The notes under the pieces: model-generated
What the model was told of the DNA's origin: nothing
The model's database searches: none
The model's input: only the letters and a program-made list of their open reading frames with translations
Assembly (NCBI GenBank): GCA_031411135.1
Contig: JANOAN010000009.1
Coordinates: forward strand, 7,175 to 71,174
Reading direction: 5' to 3'
DNA from: a bacterium
GTDB lineage: Bacteria > Patescibacteriota > Minisyncoccia > Phycocordibacterales > CAIZLB01
DNA length: 64,000 nucleotides
Translations under genes and position numbers: made by a program
Shown: positions 18,857-29,512 of the stretch, one piece after another
How the letters are laid out: the number at the start of each line of letters is the position of its first letter
How positions within the stretch are numbered: position 1 is the first letter of the stretch

Positions 18857-19419
18857 GTAATTTTATTTATTTTAATAATATTTCCCGAAAATGAATCAAT
18901 GAACTTTTTAGCATGAACGAACCCATCAATTATGCACAATTCCTTTTTAGTTGACGGGTGATGAACATAAAAACCGTGCACGACCCCATTTTTTATTTCA
19001 CATCCCAAAACGACAATAAGATGACCACTTTTACCCCTATAAAATCCAAAACCAACGGAAGCAATAATCAAGCCACCACTTTCGATTATTTTTCTCATAG
19101 AATCTATCGAGACATTTCTTTCTGCAATTGATTCAAGATAAAATTTTTCCGCAGTGAATTCTGCGATTTTTGAATGTATCCAACCAACCCCATCTTTATA
19201 CGCTCCGACATTGAACGCCTCATATATTAGGTTTCCAATGGATACTTTGTCCCTTCCAAATGCCTCTGCTACCATTTTTATGCATGCTATTCCACAAGCC
19301 TTCCTATTCCAAAAAAATGCCTCCTCTTTATTTAACATTCCTTTTTCCTTCCAATTTTTTAAAGTATTTTGGTCATAAAAAGGAACATATTCTATAGGTA
19401 GTAGTATTTTCTTTCTCAT
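18853..19419 (-). CDS. Peptidase-C39-like (papain-fold) Cys/His protein; could be a peptidase or an acyl/aminoacyl-transferase
   Basis: Putative catalytic Cys in NRKACGIACIKMV and downstream His in GHLIVVLG. Spacing is typical of C39/C39_2 domains. 4-nt overlaps with both neighbours indicate translational coupling. Confidence 0.5.
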   Translation of the reverse strand: MRKKILLPIEYVPFYDQNTLKNWKEKGMLNKEEAFFWNRKACGIACIKMVAEAFGRDKVSIGNLIYEAFNVGAYKDGVGWIHSKIAEFTAEKFYLESIAERNVSIDSMRKIIESGGLIIASVGFGFYRGKSGHLIVVLGCEIKNGVVHGFYVHHPSTKKELCIIDGFVHAKKFIDSFSGNIIKINKIT

Positions 19420-20252
19420 AGTTTTTTGTCATTTATTAAGTACTCAAAAATATCATCGTACATTTTACTAATAATCGCCTTCTGCTTTTCACCTAAATTT
19501 GCAAAGTAGCTGCTGTCCGGTGCTGAGTTAACCTCGAGAACACTATAATTCCCTTTTTCTGGCTTAGAAATATCTCCTTGAATCTTTACGTCAATTCCAC
19601 AAAAATCTAAGTTTAGTTCCTTCCCGATTCTTAAAGCTAATTTAAGAAAGTCAGAGTAAGTCGACGAAGTAACATCCTTGGCGATTCCCCCCAGACTTAG
19701 ATTAGATGGTATGTATGGCCCAACTGGGTGCTTGCTAAAGACACAGATCACCTTCTTCCTTAAGACTACAAATCGATAATCGACCCCTTTTATATATTCC
19801 TCTAGTATTATAGTGCTATCAATTTTTTCGATATTTTTTATTGCTTGAAAAAAATCATCCTTACTTCTTACAATTGACACACCTTCGCCCTTAGAAAGCG
19901 AAGCTGGTTTTACAACAACAGGAAATTTGTGAGTTTTCAAAAAACTATTACAAATATTATTTATATTTTCTCTATTTTTAGATACAGAAATATTCAATCC
20001 ATCTGGAACCTTTATCGAGCAATCTTTTAAAGCTTGTTTAGTTAAATGCTTATATTTAGCAATAGTAAAAGCTCCTGCAGGATTAATATCATTCAGTGTA
20101 TATCTGAAATATCTCTTATTTCCATCTGGTCTTGCAATATAGCCTGACGAACCATCTTCAAATAAACGAATGCCTAACTTTCTCTTTAATGCACCTTTCC
20201 TCGAAAGCGATGACATCAGAGACCTGACACTATGAGGAATTTTTTTGTCCAT
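19416..20252 (-). CDS. RimK/GshB-like ATP-grasp ligase (amino-acid ligase)
   Basis: ATP-grasp motifs FPVVVKPASLSKGEGV, IILEEYIKGVDYRFVVL and SVLEVNSAPD. Confidence 0.65.
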   Translation of the reverse strand: MDKKIPHSVRSLMSSLSRKGALKRKLGIRLFEDGSSGYIARPDGNKRYFRYTLNDINPAGAFTIAKYKHLTKQALKDCSIKVPDGLNISVSKNRENINNICNSFLKTHKFPVVVKPASLSKGEGVSIVRSKDDFFQAIKNIEKIDSTIILEEYIKGVDYRFVVLRKKVICVFSKHPVGPYIPSNLSLGGIAKDVTSSTYSDFLKLALRIGKELNLDFCGIDVKIQGDISKPEKGNYSVLEVNSAPDSSYFANLGEKQKAIISKMYDDIFEYLINDKKL

Positions 20253-20304
20253 CCAAGAAGATTACCTCATCAACATTAAATTTAAATAAAAAAGTTATTA
20301 ATTT

Positions 20305-21138
20305 CTATTTATTATAAAGTTCGATTACTTTATTCCTCATTTCTTCCGTTACAACTTCTGGGCGTTCGAACAAGTTAACCTTATATACATCTCCGATATT
20401 TACGACTAATTTTCTTCTCCACAAGTCAGCTTTAATTCTTCTAAAAGAAACAGGTATAACCAGAGCATTTGTATTTCGCGCCAGGATTGCCGCACCCCAC
20501 TTGAAAGGTCCGATCGGATTAGCATCAGTTTTATCCATCCAGATTTTTCCTTCTGGGAAAATAGCTACGGTTCCACCTCTTTCTATAATATCGGCTGCAG
20601 GTATCGTTGCTATTTCGGCTCCCTTTCCATAAGTCACTTTTATTACTCCGAATAAAAGGTAGACTGCATGTAAAATTCCAGTGTATTTTAATACTTTTAA
20701 GTACAAATGGCTCACTTGTGTCGTACCCATGAATCTAAATGGTTGTATTCTTGAAAATGGAGAGACAAAGAGATCAAAAATGAAGCTGTCATACGAGCTA
20801 ATATGATTTGAAATAAATAATATTGGCTCTTTAATATCCTTTAACTTCTCTCTTCCGTTGATAGTTAGGTCAAAAAACGAATGGTAGAAAATATAAAAGA
20901 TTGGCCAGCATACAACTTGAAATACGTAAGAAATAAAGTGTCCAAATTGATAATTCATCTGTCTGATTATGTCTCCAAAGAACTTTCTACCTAGAAAAAA
21001 AGCGACTCTTTCAGAGTCGCCTTGTTTCCGGCTGATATTCTTAATAACGTTTGAGGAATTCTCTATCGTATGATCGTAATGTTGATTCATTTGGTGACGC
21101 AATGTTGAGTGCGTCGCTGTAGCTATATAATAGCACAT
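20305..21138 (-). CDS. PlsC-like (lysophospholipid/glycerolipid) acyltransferase
   Basis: H(X)4D motif FISNHISSYD and FPEGK motif. N-terminal TM helices. Confidence 0.65.
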   Translation of the reverse strand: MCYYIATATHSTLRHQMNQHYDHTIENSSNVIKNISRKQGDSERVAFFLGRKFFGDIIRQMNYQFGHFISYVFQVVCWPIFYIFYHSFFDLTINGREKLKDIKEPILFISNHISSYDSFIFDLFVSPFSRIQPFRFMGTTQVSHLYLKVLKYTGILHAVYLLFGVIKVTYGKGAEIATIPAADIIERGGTVAIFPEGKIWMDKTDANPIGPFKWGAAILARNTNALVIPVSFRRIKADLWRRKLVVNIGDVYKVNLFERPEVVTEEMRNKVIELYNK

Positions 21139-21163
21139 TTAAGCTTGATAAGCAACGTTGGTA

Positions 21164-21670
21164 CTATGCACGAGATGAATACAGCAAGGAAAAGAGAACT
21201 ATAATTAGCATAATCACAGTACCTGACGCCGAAGCCAAAAATAATTCTATTGGTGAGGACAAGTGATAAAAATCTGGCAATGCCAATGTCTGAAAAATTA
21301 TAATAAAACTTTCGGAAACTAAACCTAAAGATAAAAATATGGAATCTAAAATTTTATGTATTCCCTTCCTGCTAATTTCATAACCAATAATTCTCTGGAC
21401 AATATAGAAAATAAAAATATAAATAATAGTAAACAACCCAAGACGATAATTGAAATTATCACTAAAAAATCCGTCGGGCAAAATAGATGCAATCGGGTGC
21501 CAATGAGTAAAGGCCTGATAAAGCATCACTGCTGGAAAAAAAGAAATGAGAAGAACATAGAGAACTTTACGTCCTCTGTAAAAAGCGAGAAGTGTCATTA
21601 CTAAAATTACAATTCCGAGAGTTAAATTCTCTGGTATGACATTTAAAAAGTTCGGCATTTGATTTTGCAA
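21164..21670 (-). CDS. Polytopic membrane protein (hypothetical). First gene of the putative operon.
   Basis: 168-aa ORF with 5 hydrophobic helices. Confidence 0.4.
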   Translation of the reverse strand: MQNQMPNFLNVIPENLTLGIVILVMTLLAFYRGRKVLYVLLISFFPAVMLYQAFTHWHPIASILPDGFFSDNFNYRLGLFTIIYIFIFYIVQRIIGYEISRKGIHKILDSIFLSLGLVSESFIIIFQTLALPDFYHLSSPIELFLASASGTVIMLIIVLFSLLYSSRA

Positions 21671-21742
21671 AATTTATGACCTCGTCACGAATCCGGCTCG
21701 ATTCGTGTCGCACGGTGTCGATTGAAGTGCGACTTCATTATA

Positions 21743-22822
21743 CTACAATCCTTCCTTTCTCAAATCCTCTATCAAGTTTTTTGCGTTCTTGGAAAGTTTG
21801 TGTGGAATATCAATAAAAACCTTAAGCATCAAATCCCCTCTCTTTGATCCATTGCTAATCACAAATCCACGATTTTTAATTCGCAAAATTTCACCATGTT
21901 GAATTCCTGCTGGAACTGGAACAGTAATAGACCCATCGACTGTTTCGATTTGTTTATCAGAGCCAAGAAGTGCATCCGAGATTTTAATTTTTAATTCACC
22001 TGCAATATTATTTCCTTCTTTTTTAAAGTTTAGACTCTTTGTAACGTGAATACGGATAAAAAGATCTCCGGCCGGCCCACCAGTGATTGCTTCACCTCCT
22101 CCAGTTAAGCGAACAGCTTCGCCGTCTTCTACACCCGCAGGAATTCGTACATTTATTTCATCATTTTTGTTTTCAATTCCACTTCCCTTACATTGATGAC
22201 ATTTTTCTTTTGGAATTTTTCCAGATCCAAGGCACACTTCGCACTGACGATTAACTGCAATTGATCCAAAAATAGATTGACGAACGTCTTTAATTTGACC
22301 CTTTCCTTTACAATTATCACAGGTTTTCATGTCAGTGCCCGGCTCGTTCCCTTCACCTTTACATCGTCCACACGCAGAATTTTTGCGAAGTAAGATTTTT
22401 CTGTCTACTCCATAGACAGAATCCTTGAATGAAATTTCAACATCAACCGCTATATCTGCACCTTTTCGAGCACGACCTCTGGCCCTTCCACCCCCTCCAA
22501 AAATTCCACCGAACAAGTCGCCCAAATCAAAACCTTCTTCTCCTCCAAATCCACCTTGAAATCCGCTAAAGTCAAAACCACCGAAACCTTGTCCACCTTG
22601 GAAACCTCCTTGACCTCCTGCTGTGCCAAATTGATCGTACTGTGCTCTTTTACTTTCATCGGATAATACTGAATATGCCTCGCTTGCCTCTTTGAATTTT
22701 GCTGAGTCCCCCCCCTCCTTGTCTGGATGATGCTGGTGTGCAAGTTTTCTAAACGCTTTTTTAATCTCGTCTTGGGAAGCGGTTTTTGAAACTCCTAAAA
22801 TTTTGTAGTAATCTTTGGCCAT
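21743..22822 (-). CDS. dnaJ: Chaperone DnaJ
   Basis: J-domain with HPD, Gly/Phe-rich linker, and four CxxCxGxG zinc-finger repeats. Confidence 0.92.
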   Translation of the reverse strand: MAKDYYKILGVSKTASQDEIKKAFRKLAHQHHPDKEGGDSAKFKEASEAYSVLSDESKRAQYDQFGTAGGQGGFQGGQGFGGFDFSGFQGGFGGEEGFDLGDLFGGIFGGGGRARGRARKGADIAVDVEISFKDSVYGVDRKILLRKNSACGRCKGEGNEPGTDMKTCDNCKGKGQIKDVRQSIFGSIAVNRQCEVCLGSGKIPKEKCHQCKGSGIENKNDEINVRIPAGVEDGEAVRLTGGGEAITGGPAGDLFIRIHVTKSLNFKKEGNNIAGELKIKISDALLGSDKQIETVDGSITVPVPAGIQHGEILRIKNRGFVISNGSKRGDLMLKVFIDIPHKLSKNAKNLIEDLRKEGL

Positions 22823-22827
22823 GGTTT

Positions 22828-24267
22828 TTATGCAGTTTTAGGAAAAAGTGGACTTGAGGGCTTTTTATTTGAAACGATGAATTCAGTAATTTTTTTACTT
22901 GTTTCCGGAAGAAGTGGTTCGAGCATGAGAGCGATATTGTAAAGTCTCGACACGTAATTTGTCAAAAAGTTCTTAGCTTTTTCTGCATCTATTTTTATAA
23001 GCTTGAATGGCTCTGTCTCAGAAATTTCTTGATCAAGTGAACCAATCTCCTTCCAAATCATGTCACATGCCAAATCCATCCGATAAGTATCCATATGTTG
23101 ATTCCATTTATTAGAAATCTTTACTTCTGAAATATTTACAGGTTTTTCTAAATACTTCTCAGACATTGTGAGAAGTCTTGAAGTTAAATTTCCTAATCCA
23201 TTCACAAGATGAGACTCGTAAGACTCTGCAAATAGTTTCTCGCTCATAGGAGAACCTTCGCCTGGATGTATGTGTCGCAAAACGAAATATCTAACAGCGT
23301 CGGTTCCATACTTTTCAATTAATAAAAGAGGGTCAACAACATTTCCTAAAGTCTTTGACATTTTTATTCCACCTTCTCCTAGAACAAACCCATTTACAAT
23401 TATTTGGTGAGAATTCTGAAGTCCCGCAGCCATAAGCATTGCCTGCCAAATTGCCGATTGTTGTTTCAAGTTATCCTGTCCGCAATATTGGGTTGGATTT
23501 CCTTCTGTCCAGTATTTTTTAAATTTTTCAGTGTCATTTGGCCAACCAAGAGCTGTAATATAGTTAGTCAAAGCATCAAACCACACATACATTACATGCT
23601 CATCATCCCCAGGAACCGGAACTCCCCATGCCATTTTACTTTTCAATCGAGAAATAGAAAAATCTTTTAAGCCACGAGAAACAAGACTTCTAATTTCCTT
23701 CATGCGACTTTCAGGAATTACAAACATTGGATTTTTTTCATATAAATCCAGAAGTTGTTTTTCAAAAGCAGAAAACTTAAAGAAATAATTTTCTTCGTCA
23801 ATAATTTGAATCTCCAAATTAGGATGATCTGGACACTTTCCATTCACAAGTTCTGAATCAGTCTTTTCAAGTTCACATCCCACACAATATTTTGTTTGAT
23901 ATCGTGCTTTATATATAAACCCATTTTTTTCTACAATCCTCCAAAATTCTTGCGCACCCATAACATGTTCTGGATTTGTGGTTCGACTGAAATGATAATC
24001 CTTATTTACTCCTAACTTATCCAAAAGATTTTTAAAGTTTTCTGAACCCTTGTCAACATATTTTTGTATTTCAATCCCTTCTTTTTTTGCAGCGTCATAA
24101 AGTTTCTGACCATGTTCGTCCGTACCAGTATTAAAAAATACGTCAAACCCCTGTGCACGTTTATAGCGCACCACAGCATCAGCACGAACGAATTCTAGTG
24201 CGTGCCCTGCGTGGGGGTTAGCGTTTACGTAAGGTAAAGTGGTGGTGAGATAGAAAGCTTTAGACAT
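22828..24267 (-). CDS. metG: Methionine–tRNA ligase
   Basis: Class-I HIGH region (PHAGHALE), zinc knuckle CVGCEL...CPDH and KMSKTLGN. Confidence 0.88.
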   Translation of the reverse strand: MSKAFYLTTTLPYVNANPHAGHALEFVRADAVVRYKRAQGFDVFFNTGTDEHGQKLYDAAKKEGIEIQKYVDKGSENFKNLLDKLGVNKDYHFSRTTNPEHVMGAQEFWRIVEKNGFIYKARYQTKYCVGCELEKTDSELVNGKCPDHPNLEIQIIDEENYFFKFSAFEKQLLDLYEKNPMFVIPESRMKEIRSLVSRGLKDFSISRLKSKMAWGVPVPGDDEHVMYVWFDALTNYITALGWPNDTEKFKKYWTEGNPTQYCGQDNLKQQSAIWQAMLMAAGLQNSHQIIVNGFVLGEGGIKMSKTLGNVVDPLLLIEKYGTDAVRYFVLRHIHPGEGSPMSEKLFAESYESHLVNGLGNLTSRLLTMSEKYLEKPVNISEVKISNKWNQHMDTYRMDLACDMIWKEIGSLDQEISETEPFKLIKIDAEKAKNFLTNYVSRLYNIALMLEPLLPETSKKITEFIVSNKKPSSPLFPKTA

Positions 24268-24378
24268 GGAATTAGGTGTTATTGTACCGCAAAGGGCAGG
24301 TCAATGCTATTGACATGTTGAATTAGTCGATGTAATGTATTTAGGTATTGTTCACCAAAACCAACCAAAAAACACCCG

Positions 24379-24681
24379 ATGATTCAAACAGCACCACAAG
24401 CCCCAACCGCACTAAATACCGAATTCGGTGTATTCCAAACCCTTGCCGATGGGACACTGTACTACTGCGTACCAGAGCGCATCAAAGCAAACATCGATCA
24501 GGCGTCTAGGGACGCCTTGAAGCACTTTAAATTCATGCCCCATCGTAAAATGGGACACTTCCAGTTCGAAGGAATCTCGTGTCTCATGAAGCAGGGAGAT
24601 AGTCCACTCGGTGTATCTCACCGCTGGAGCACAGCTTACAGGACAAGGAGGGAAGAACTTCGTTTACTTGGCTTGGCGTAG
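24379..24681 (+). CDS. Hypothetical protein (GC-richer)
   Basis: 100-aa ORF followed by a strong terminator. Confidence 0.35.
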   Translation: MIQTAPQAPTALNTEFGVFQTLADGTLYYCVPERIKANIDQASRDALKHFKFMPHRKMGHFQFEGISCLMKQGDSPLGVSHRWSTAYRTRREELRLLGLA

Positions 24682-24692
24682 CCACTGTCCCC

Positions 24693-24746
24693 GACCCGCG
24701 AATCACAAAAGGCCCGCGCCTCTCGTGATTCGCGGGCCTTTTTGTT
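24693..24746 (+). terminator. Strong GC-rich terminator (12-bp stem cccgcgaatcac/gtgattcgcggg + T-run)
   Basis: Read directly from the sequence. Sits between convergent genes. Confidence 0.65.
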
Positions 24747-24754
24747 TACTAACC

Positions 24755-26620
24755 CTACTTCGCCTCTGCATCATGCACCTTCCCCTCTCCACCATCCTCC
24801 TTTTTCGGTTCTTCTTTAGCATTCTTACTCATCGCCTCACCAATCTTTGAGAGCTCGGTTGATAGTGCTTCTGTTGCCGCCTTCAATGCTGCCATGTCTG
24901 TTCCCTCTTTAGCCTTCTTAGCATCAGCAATCTTTGCTTCAACTGCAGTGATTATATCTGTACCAACCTTGTCTTTATTATCCTTAACTGCCTTTTCCGC
25001 AGTGTAAATTAATTGTTCAGCTAAGTTTCTGACTTCAACTTCTTCTTTTTTCTTTTTATCATCAGCGTCATTCATTTCTGCATCTTTTTTCATGCGTTCA
25101 ATATCATCTTTTGAAAGACCTGATGAAGCCTCGATTCTGATTGATTGTTCTTTGTTAGAAGCCTTGTCTTTTGCTTTAACATTCAAGATTCCGTTCGCAT
25201 CTACATCGAATGAAACTTCTACCTGTGGCATTCCGCGAGGTGCTGGTGGGATTCCGTCTAAAATAAATCGTCCGAGGGATTTATTGTCCCGTGCCATAGC
25301 ACGTTCTCCTTGGAAAATATGAATTTCTACTGAGGTTTGATTGTCAGCAGCAGTTGAGAAAGTCTGCGAACGAGAAGTTGGAATAGTCGTATTCTTTTCA
25401 ATAAGTTTTGTTCCTACTCCTCCCATAGTTTCAATACCAAGTGATAGAGGAATAACATCAAGAAGCAAAATATCCTTTACGTCACCGCTGATAATTCCAC
25501 CTTGGATGGCCGCGCCTAGCGCCACCACTTCGTCTGGGTTGATAGACTTGTTTGGTTCCTTACCGAAATAATCCTTAACCATCTGCTGAATTTTTGGCAT
25601 TCGAGTTTGTCCTCCAACCAATACAACTTCGTTGATGTCTGTAATTTTAAAAGGAGATGCTTCTAGCGCTCGCTTTGTAATCTGCATGGCACGAGTTAAG
25701 AATTCATCTGCTATTTCTTCTAACTTTGCTCGAGTGATTTTCATAACCAAGTGCTTTGGACCATTGGCATCAGATGTAATGAATGGAATATTAATCTCTG
25801 ATTCAGTAGCAGTCGACAATTCAATCTTGGCCTTTTCAGCTGCTTCATCTAATCGTTGCATTGCAAGAGCGTCTCCACGAACATCTATCCCGCTGTCTTT
25901 TTTAAATTCATCGGCAATCCAATTCAAAACCTTGTAATCAATGTCTCGTCCTCCAAGTCGGTGGTCTCCGTCAGTTGACTTAACTTCTACTACATCATCA
26001 CCTACTTCTAGAATTGAAATATCGAAAGTTCCTCCTCCAAAGTCAAAGATTGCAATCTTTTCGTCTTTCTTTTTATTAAATCCATACGCAAGAGCGGCTG
26101 CGGTTGGTTCGTTAATGATTCGTAGAACATTCAAACCGGCAATTTTTCCAGCGTCTTTTGTTGCTTGTCTTTGAGAGTCATTGAAATAAGCAGGAACAGT
26201 AATAATAGCCTCAGTAATTTTTTCTCCAAGCTTTGCTTCTGCATCATTTTTTATCTTAGTTAGAATCATTGCTGAAACTTCTTCTGGAGAATAGAATTTG
26301 TCACCCATTTTTACTTGAACACCATTTGTAGAGGTCTTTCCGACTTCATAAGCAATAGTCTTCATGTCTGCCTGAACACCAGCTTCATCAAAACTGTGAC
26401 CGATAAATCGCTTGATACCCTGAACAGTATTCTTTGGATTTGTCACAGCCTGGCGTTTCGCAAGAAGACCAACCAATCTTTCATTCGTCTTTGAAATCGC
26501 GACAATCGAAGGAGTAGTACGAGCACCCTCTGCATTTTCAAGAATGCGAGGATCACCCGCTTCCATAATAGCGACTGCTGAGTTTGTTGTTCCTAAATCG
26601 ATTCCAATGATTTTTGCCAT
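24755..26620 (-). CDS. dnaK: Chaperone DnaK (Hsp70)
   Basis: [18 protein letters not shown], and a full-length Hsp70. Confidence 0.95.
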   Translation of the reverse strand: MAKIIGIDLGTTNSAVAIMEAGDPRILENAEGARTTPSIVAISKTNERLVGLLAKRQAVTNPKNTVQGIKRFIGHSFDEAGVQADMKTIAYEVGKTSTNGVQVKMGDKFYSPEEVSAMILTKIKNDAEAKLGEKITEAIITVPAYFNDSQRQATKDAGKIAGLNVLRIINEPTAAALAYGFNKKKDEKIAIFDFGGGTFDISILEVGDDVVEVKSTDGDHRLGGRDIDYKVLNWIADEFKKDSGIDVRGDALAMQRLDEAAEKAKIELSTATESEINIPFITSDANGPKHLVMKITRAKLEEIADEFLTRAMQITKRALEASPFKITDINEVVLVGGQTRMPKIQQMVKDYFGKEPNKSINPDEVVALGAAIQGGIISGDVKDILLLDVIPLSLGIETMGGVGTKLIEKNTTIPTSRSQTFSTAADNQTSVEIHIFQGERAMARDNKSLGRFILDGIPPAPRGMPQVEVSFDVDANGILNVKAKDKASNKEQSIRIEASSGLSKDDIERMKKDAEMNDADDKKKKEEVEVRNLAEQLIYTAEKAVKDNKDKVGTDIITAVEAKIADAKKAKEGTDMAALKAATEALSTELSKIGEAMSKNAKEEPKKEDGGEGKVHDAEAK

Positions 26621-26651
26621 ATTTTATTTTTTAAATTAATTTGTTTTTATA

Positions 26652-27251
26652 TTATACCGTGTCTGTCAAGTTTTTCGCTTCGTATACGGAAACCATCGCT
26701 GGTCGAATTATTTTCTCTCCTGTTTTGTATCCCTTTTGAAGTACTACGGCGATCGTTCCATCCTGTGTTTTGTCTTCTGTAGGAACTACTTGAATTGAAT
26801 GATGTAAATTTGGGTCAAAAGTTTCACCAACTTCTCCAAATCCTGTAATATTGTTTTTACTAAACACGGCTAAAACTTTTTGATAAATGCCTTCTACTCC
26901 ACTTCTCCATTCTTTCGACACACTTTCCCATTTTTCCTTATCACCCATAGCTTGTTCAAATGAATCTAAGGTTGGAAGAAGTTCTTCTGCAAAATGAACA
27001 TTTGCATAACGGATCATTTCTATTTTTGATTCATCATCGCGCTTTTTTGCATTAACGTAATCCGCCTTCATTCTCTGCATTGACTCAAGATATTCCATCT
27101 TGGCTAGTTCAGCGTTTTTAAGCTTTTCCCGAAGCTTTTTTATAGTGTCTTTGGCTGTTTCACCTTCCTCTTCGAACACTACATCGTCTTCGGTTTCTGG
27201 GGAAATTTCAACTGCCTCCTCATCTTGGGGTTTTTTATTGTCGTCTTTCAT
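26652..27251 (-). CDS. grpE: Nucleotide exchange factor GrpE
   Basis: 199-aa acidic N-terminus, coiled coil and C-terminal β-domain. Immediately upstream of dnaK. Confidence 0.75.
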   Translation of the reverse strand: MKDDNKKPQDEEAVEISPETEDDVVFEEEGETAKDTIKKLREKLKNAELAKMEYLESMQRMKADYVNAKKRDDESKIEMIRYANVHFAEELLPTLDSFEQAMGDKEKWESVSKEWRSGVEGIYQKVLAVFSKNNITGFGEVGETFDPNLHHSIQVVPTEDKTQDGTIAVVLQKGYKTGEKIIRPAMVSVYEAKNLTDTV

Positions 27252-27292
27252 AAGTAGGGGTATTTTAAGGATTTATGGGGAGGAATGCAAGT

Positions 27293-27580
27293 TTAGATCG
27301 CAGACTCCTTATCTAGAACATTTACCTGGTAATCAGCAACAACCTGAACTTTAAGATTTTCAATATCCTCTCGTGTAATTTCATTAAAGCCTCTTGATCG
27401 AATAAAGTTCTCAATACTCTCTGGTGTAGGAACTTCGAAAGGAACACCCTCTCTTGTTGTGTCTACTCCAGACTGGAAATGGGTTATGACCATCTCTATT
27501 TGGTCTTCTCTGGTAACATTATTTGGCAATTGCTCTGGTGTGCTCATTTTATTATGAATGTATGTATGGATAATATACAC
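27293..27580 (-). CDS. Hypothetical protein
   Basis: 95-aa ORF. The true start is probably the internal Met (MSTPEQ...). Confidence 0.3.
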   Translation of the reverse strand: MYIIHTYIHNKMSTPEQLPNNVTREDQIEMVITHFQSGVDTTREGVPFEVPTPESIENFIRSRGFNEITREDIENLKVQVVADYQVNVLDKESAI

Positions 27581-27606
27581 ATTATATCACATGATACAAT
27601 AGCCCC

Positions 27607-27771
27607 ATGTCAAAATCTGCAATATGGATTGGAATGAGTGTAGGATCATTTATAGGTGGATTTATTCCTACACTTTGGGGAGATAATTTTATTTCTTTTA
27701 CTTCGGTGACATTAACGGCTGTAGGTGGAATAATTGGGATTTATGTTGCGTATAAATTGACAGAATATTAG
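27607..27771 (+). CDS. Possible 54-aa Gly-rich small membrane protein (below the ORF-track size cutoff)
   Basis: MSKSAIWIGMSVGSFIGGFIPTLWGDNFISFTSVTLTAVGGIIGIYVAYKLTEY has two glycine-zipper-like helices. Confidence 0.3.
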   Translation: MSKSAIWIGMSVGSFIGGFIPTLWGDNFISFTSVTLTAVGGIIGIYVAYKLTEY

Positions 27772-28029
27772 AGCACATAATTTCGGAAAGTGTTCTACAT
27801 ATCAATCGGCTCTATTAATGAGATTGTTCTGGTCACACCTTAATATTTTTCAAAGGAAGTTGCATATTATTGCAATTCGATGAGCACCTTCTAGATTCTA
27901 GAGGAGTTCTGACAAGCGCATGTTGCACAAACCGAAAAATTACGAATGGGAAGACTAGGCTATCTCTAAAAGGAACATCACCGTGAGGTGGTGTTTTTTT
28001 GCTTTTGTACAGCAAAAAAACAGATAAGG

Positions 28030-28066
28030 AAACGCCCGCCAGCTTGTGAAAGCCGGCGGGCGTTGA
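28030..28066 (-). terminator. GC-rich hairpin (cgcccgccagc..gccggcgggcg) downstream of gene 28083..29411
   Basis: A second plus-strand terminator (caccgtgaggtggtgttttttt) lies at about 27985–28010. Confidence 0.5.
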
Positions 28067-28082
28067 TTCAGTCCCGATCAAA

Positions 28083-29411
28083 TCAGTTGTTGTAGATCGG
28101 ACTTCGCAGTCTCAGATACTGCTTATCACCTGAGGTCGACAACTCGATCCTCCAGTTGCCGCCCACCAGCGTTGGCGTTACGTTCAAGGATGAAAAATTC
28201 ACAAGGTCTGTGGTGACCTCAATTTTCCCCCCATACAATGGCATGTAGCCCAGGTGGAAACTTGGCCACTCGTACCTTGTGGTAGTAACACCCGAGACAA
28301 CGCTCAGGACTGTTGACGTAACTTGTGGTAGCCCTTCGACCAACAGCAAGGTGGCGTTTTTCTTGCACGCCACGTCATAAACGATACCACCAAGCCATTG
28401 CGGGACGTTTTCTTGTCCGACACTGCTTGAAACGTTTTGAAACATGGCACCACTCGCAGTATAGTTTTGAAAAATCGCAATTTCGTGCGATTCCCCTCCT
28501 GCCATTCCAACCACATTCTGGTAGCTGCCTGACGGCAACATCCATGCATGATTGAACCCGTTTCCATAGGCGTTCCCGTTCACGATAATCCAGCTGTAGC
28601 CGTTTCCAGCGTACACATCTGAGATATTTGTGTTATGGGGATCGTTAGCAAGGAGGATACCTTGGCCGAAGGTTGACACACCAAATCCTGTCATCACACC
28701 GTTCGTGACAATGGCCAGGAAATTGCTTCCGCCAGACATTGCCGTGATCTGATCTGTGTTTGCCCATGGTTTCAAAGTCCCCCCAGACGGGATTGCAGGC
28801 AACATTCTCGGCGCCGTACTTCCGCCATTGATGTCTCCCCATGCAGTTAGGCGAAATCGCCCGGAGGAAATGGGTAGGTTTGCATCATAGTAGTATACGA
28901 CTGTCGCGTTGTAGGTTGTAGCAAACCCCAGAACGCTGTAGTTCGAGGTCGGATTTATTCCTGCAAATGGGAACTGTCCGACACGATTTGCAGCATTTAG
29001 TCCGCGAGTCACGACTTTTCCATTATCGAGGACAAATGCCGAATGCTGGAGACCGCAGTCGATTGCAACAACCCGTGTTGCTCCGTACGTTGCACAATCG
29101 GCCTTTGTGAAGTTAGCCGCCCGGTTATCCGGGAAAGCTGTGTTTGTAAACCCGGCAACTTCCCCGTTTTCACGAAGTGCGAGGCCGAATCCATCTCCTG
29201 CCTTTACCGATATAGCGTCAGTGATGTTTGGGATCGCACTTTTGGGAAAGCTCCCAATTGCGACGATCCCTGTGTTCACCTGTGCAGATGCTGTTGAAGT
29301 TAAAATGAGGGTGATGAGTGTCAAAATGGCACTCCCGATGCTGTTTTTCGTTTTAGTTTTCATGAGGACAAAGTCCGATTGAAAAATAACACTAATTATG
29401 CACTTAGTCAA
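28083..29411 (-). CDS. Secreted RCC1-repeat (beta-propeller) protein, GC-richer
   Basis: Signal peptide. Repeats fit G..HS.AL..DG.V...G.N..GQ, for example DCGLQHSAFVLDNGKVVTRGLNAANRVGQF. Adjacent to a tRNA. Confidence 0.55.
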   Translation of the reverse strand: MTKCIISVIFQSDFVLMKTKTKNSIGSAILTLITLILTSTASAQVNTGIVAIGSFPKSAIPNITDAISVKAGDGFGLALRENGEVAGFTNTAFPDNRAANFTKADCATYGATRVVAIDCGLQHSAFVLDNGKVVTRGLNAANRVGQFPFAGINPTSNYSVLGFATTYNATVVYYYDANLPISSGRFRLTAWGDINGGSTAPRMLPAIPSGGTLKPWANTDQITAMSGGSNFLAIVTNGVMTGFGVSTFGQGILLANDPHNTNISDVYAGNGYSWIIVNGNAYGNGFNHAWMLPSGSYQNVVGMAGGESHEIAIFQNYTASGAMFQNVSSSVGQENVPQWLGGIVYDVACKKNATLLLVEGLPQVTSTVLSVVSGVTTTRYEWPSFHLGYMPLYGGKIEVTTDLVNFSSLNVTPTLVGGNWRIELSTSGDKQYLRLRSPIYNN

Positions 29412-29417
29412 TAGCTG

Positions 29418-29489
29418 TGACCCTACAGGGAATCGAACCCTGATTTAAGCCTTGAGAAGGCTCCGTCCTAACCGTTAGACGATAGGGCC
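29418..29489 (-). tRNA. tRNA-Glu (anticodon CUC)
   Basis: Reverse complement folds into a 72-nt cloverleaf: acceptor GGCCCTA/TAGGGTC, D-stem GTCT/GGAC, anticodon loop TTCTCAA, T-arm CAGGG-TTCGATT-CCCTG. No encoded CCA. Confidence 0.8.
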
Positions 29490-29512
29490 ATGACAGACAG
29501 TTTTACATAAAC

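Noticed and set aside
22450-22743. 97-aa ORF in an alternative frame inside dnaJ
   Set aside because: It is fully embedded in the well-supported dnaJ reading frame. Its Gly/Phe-rich repeat region produces open alternate frames.
25092-26174. Several 76–101-aa plus-strand ORFs opposite dnaK
   Set aside because: Antisense artefacts within a highly conserved gene.
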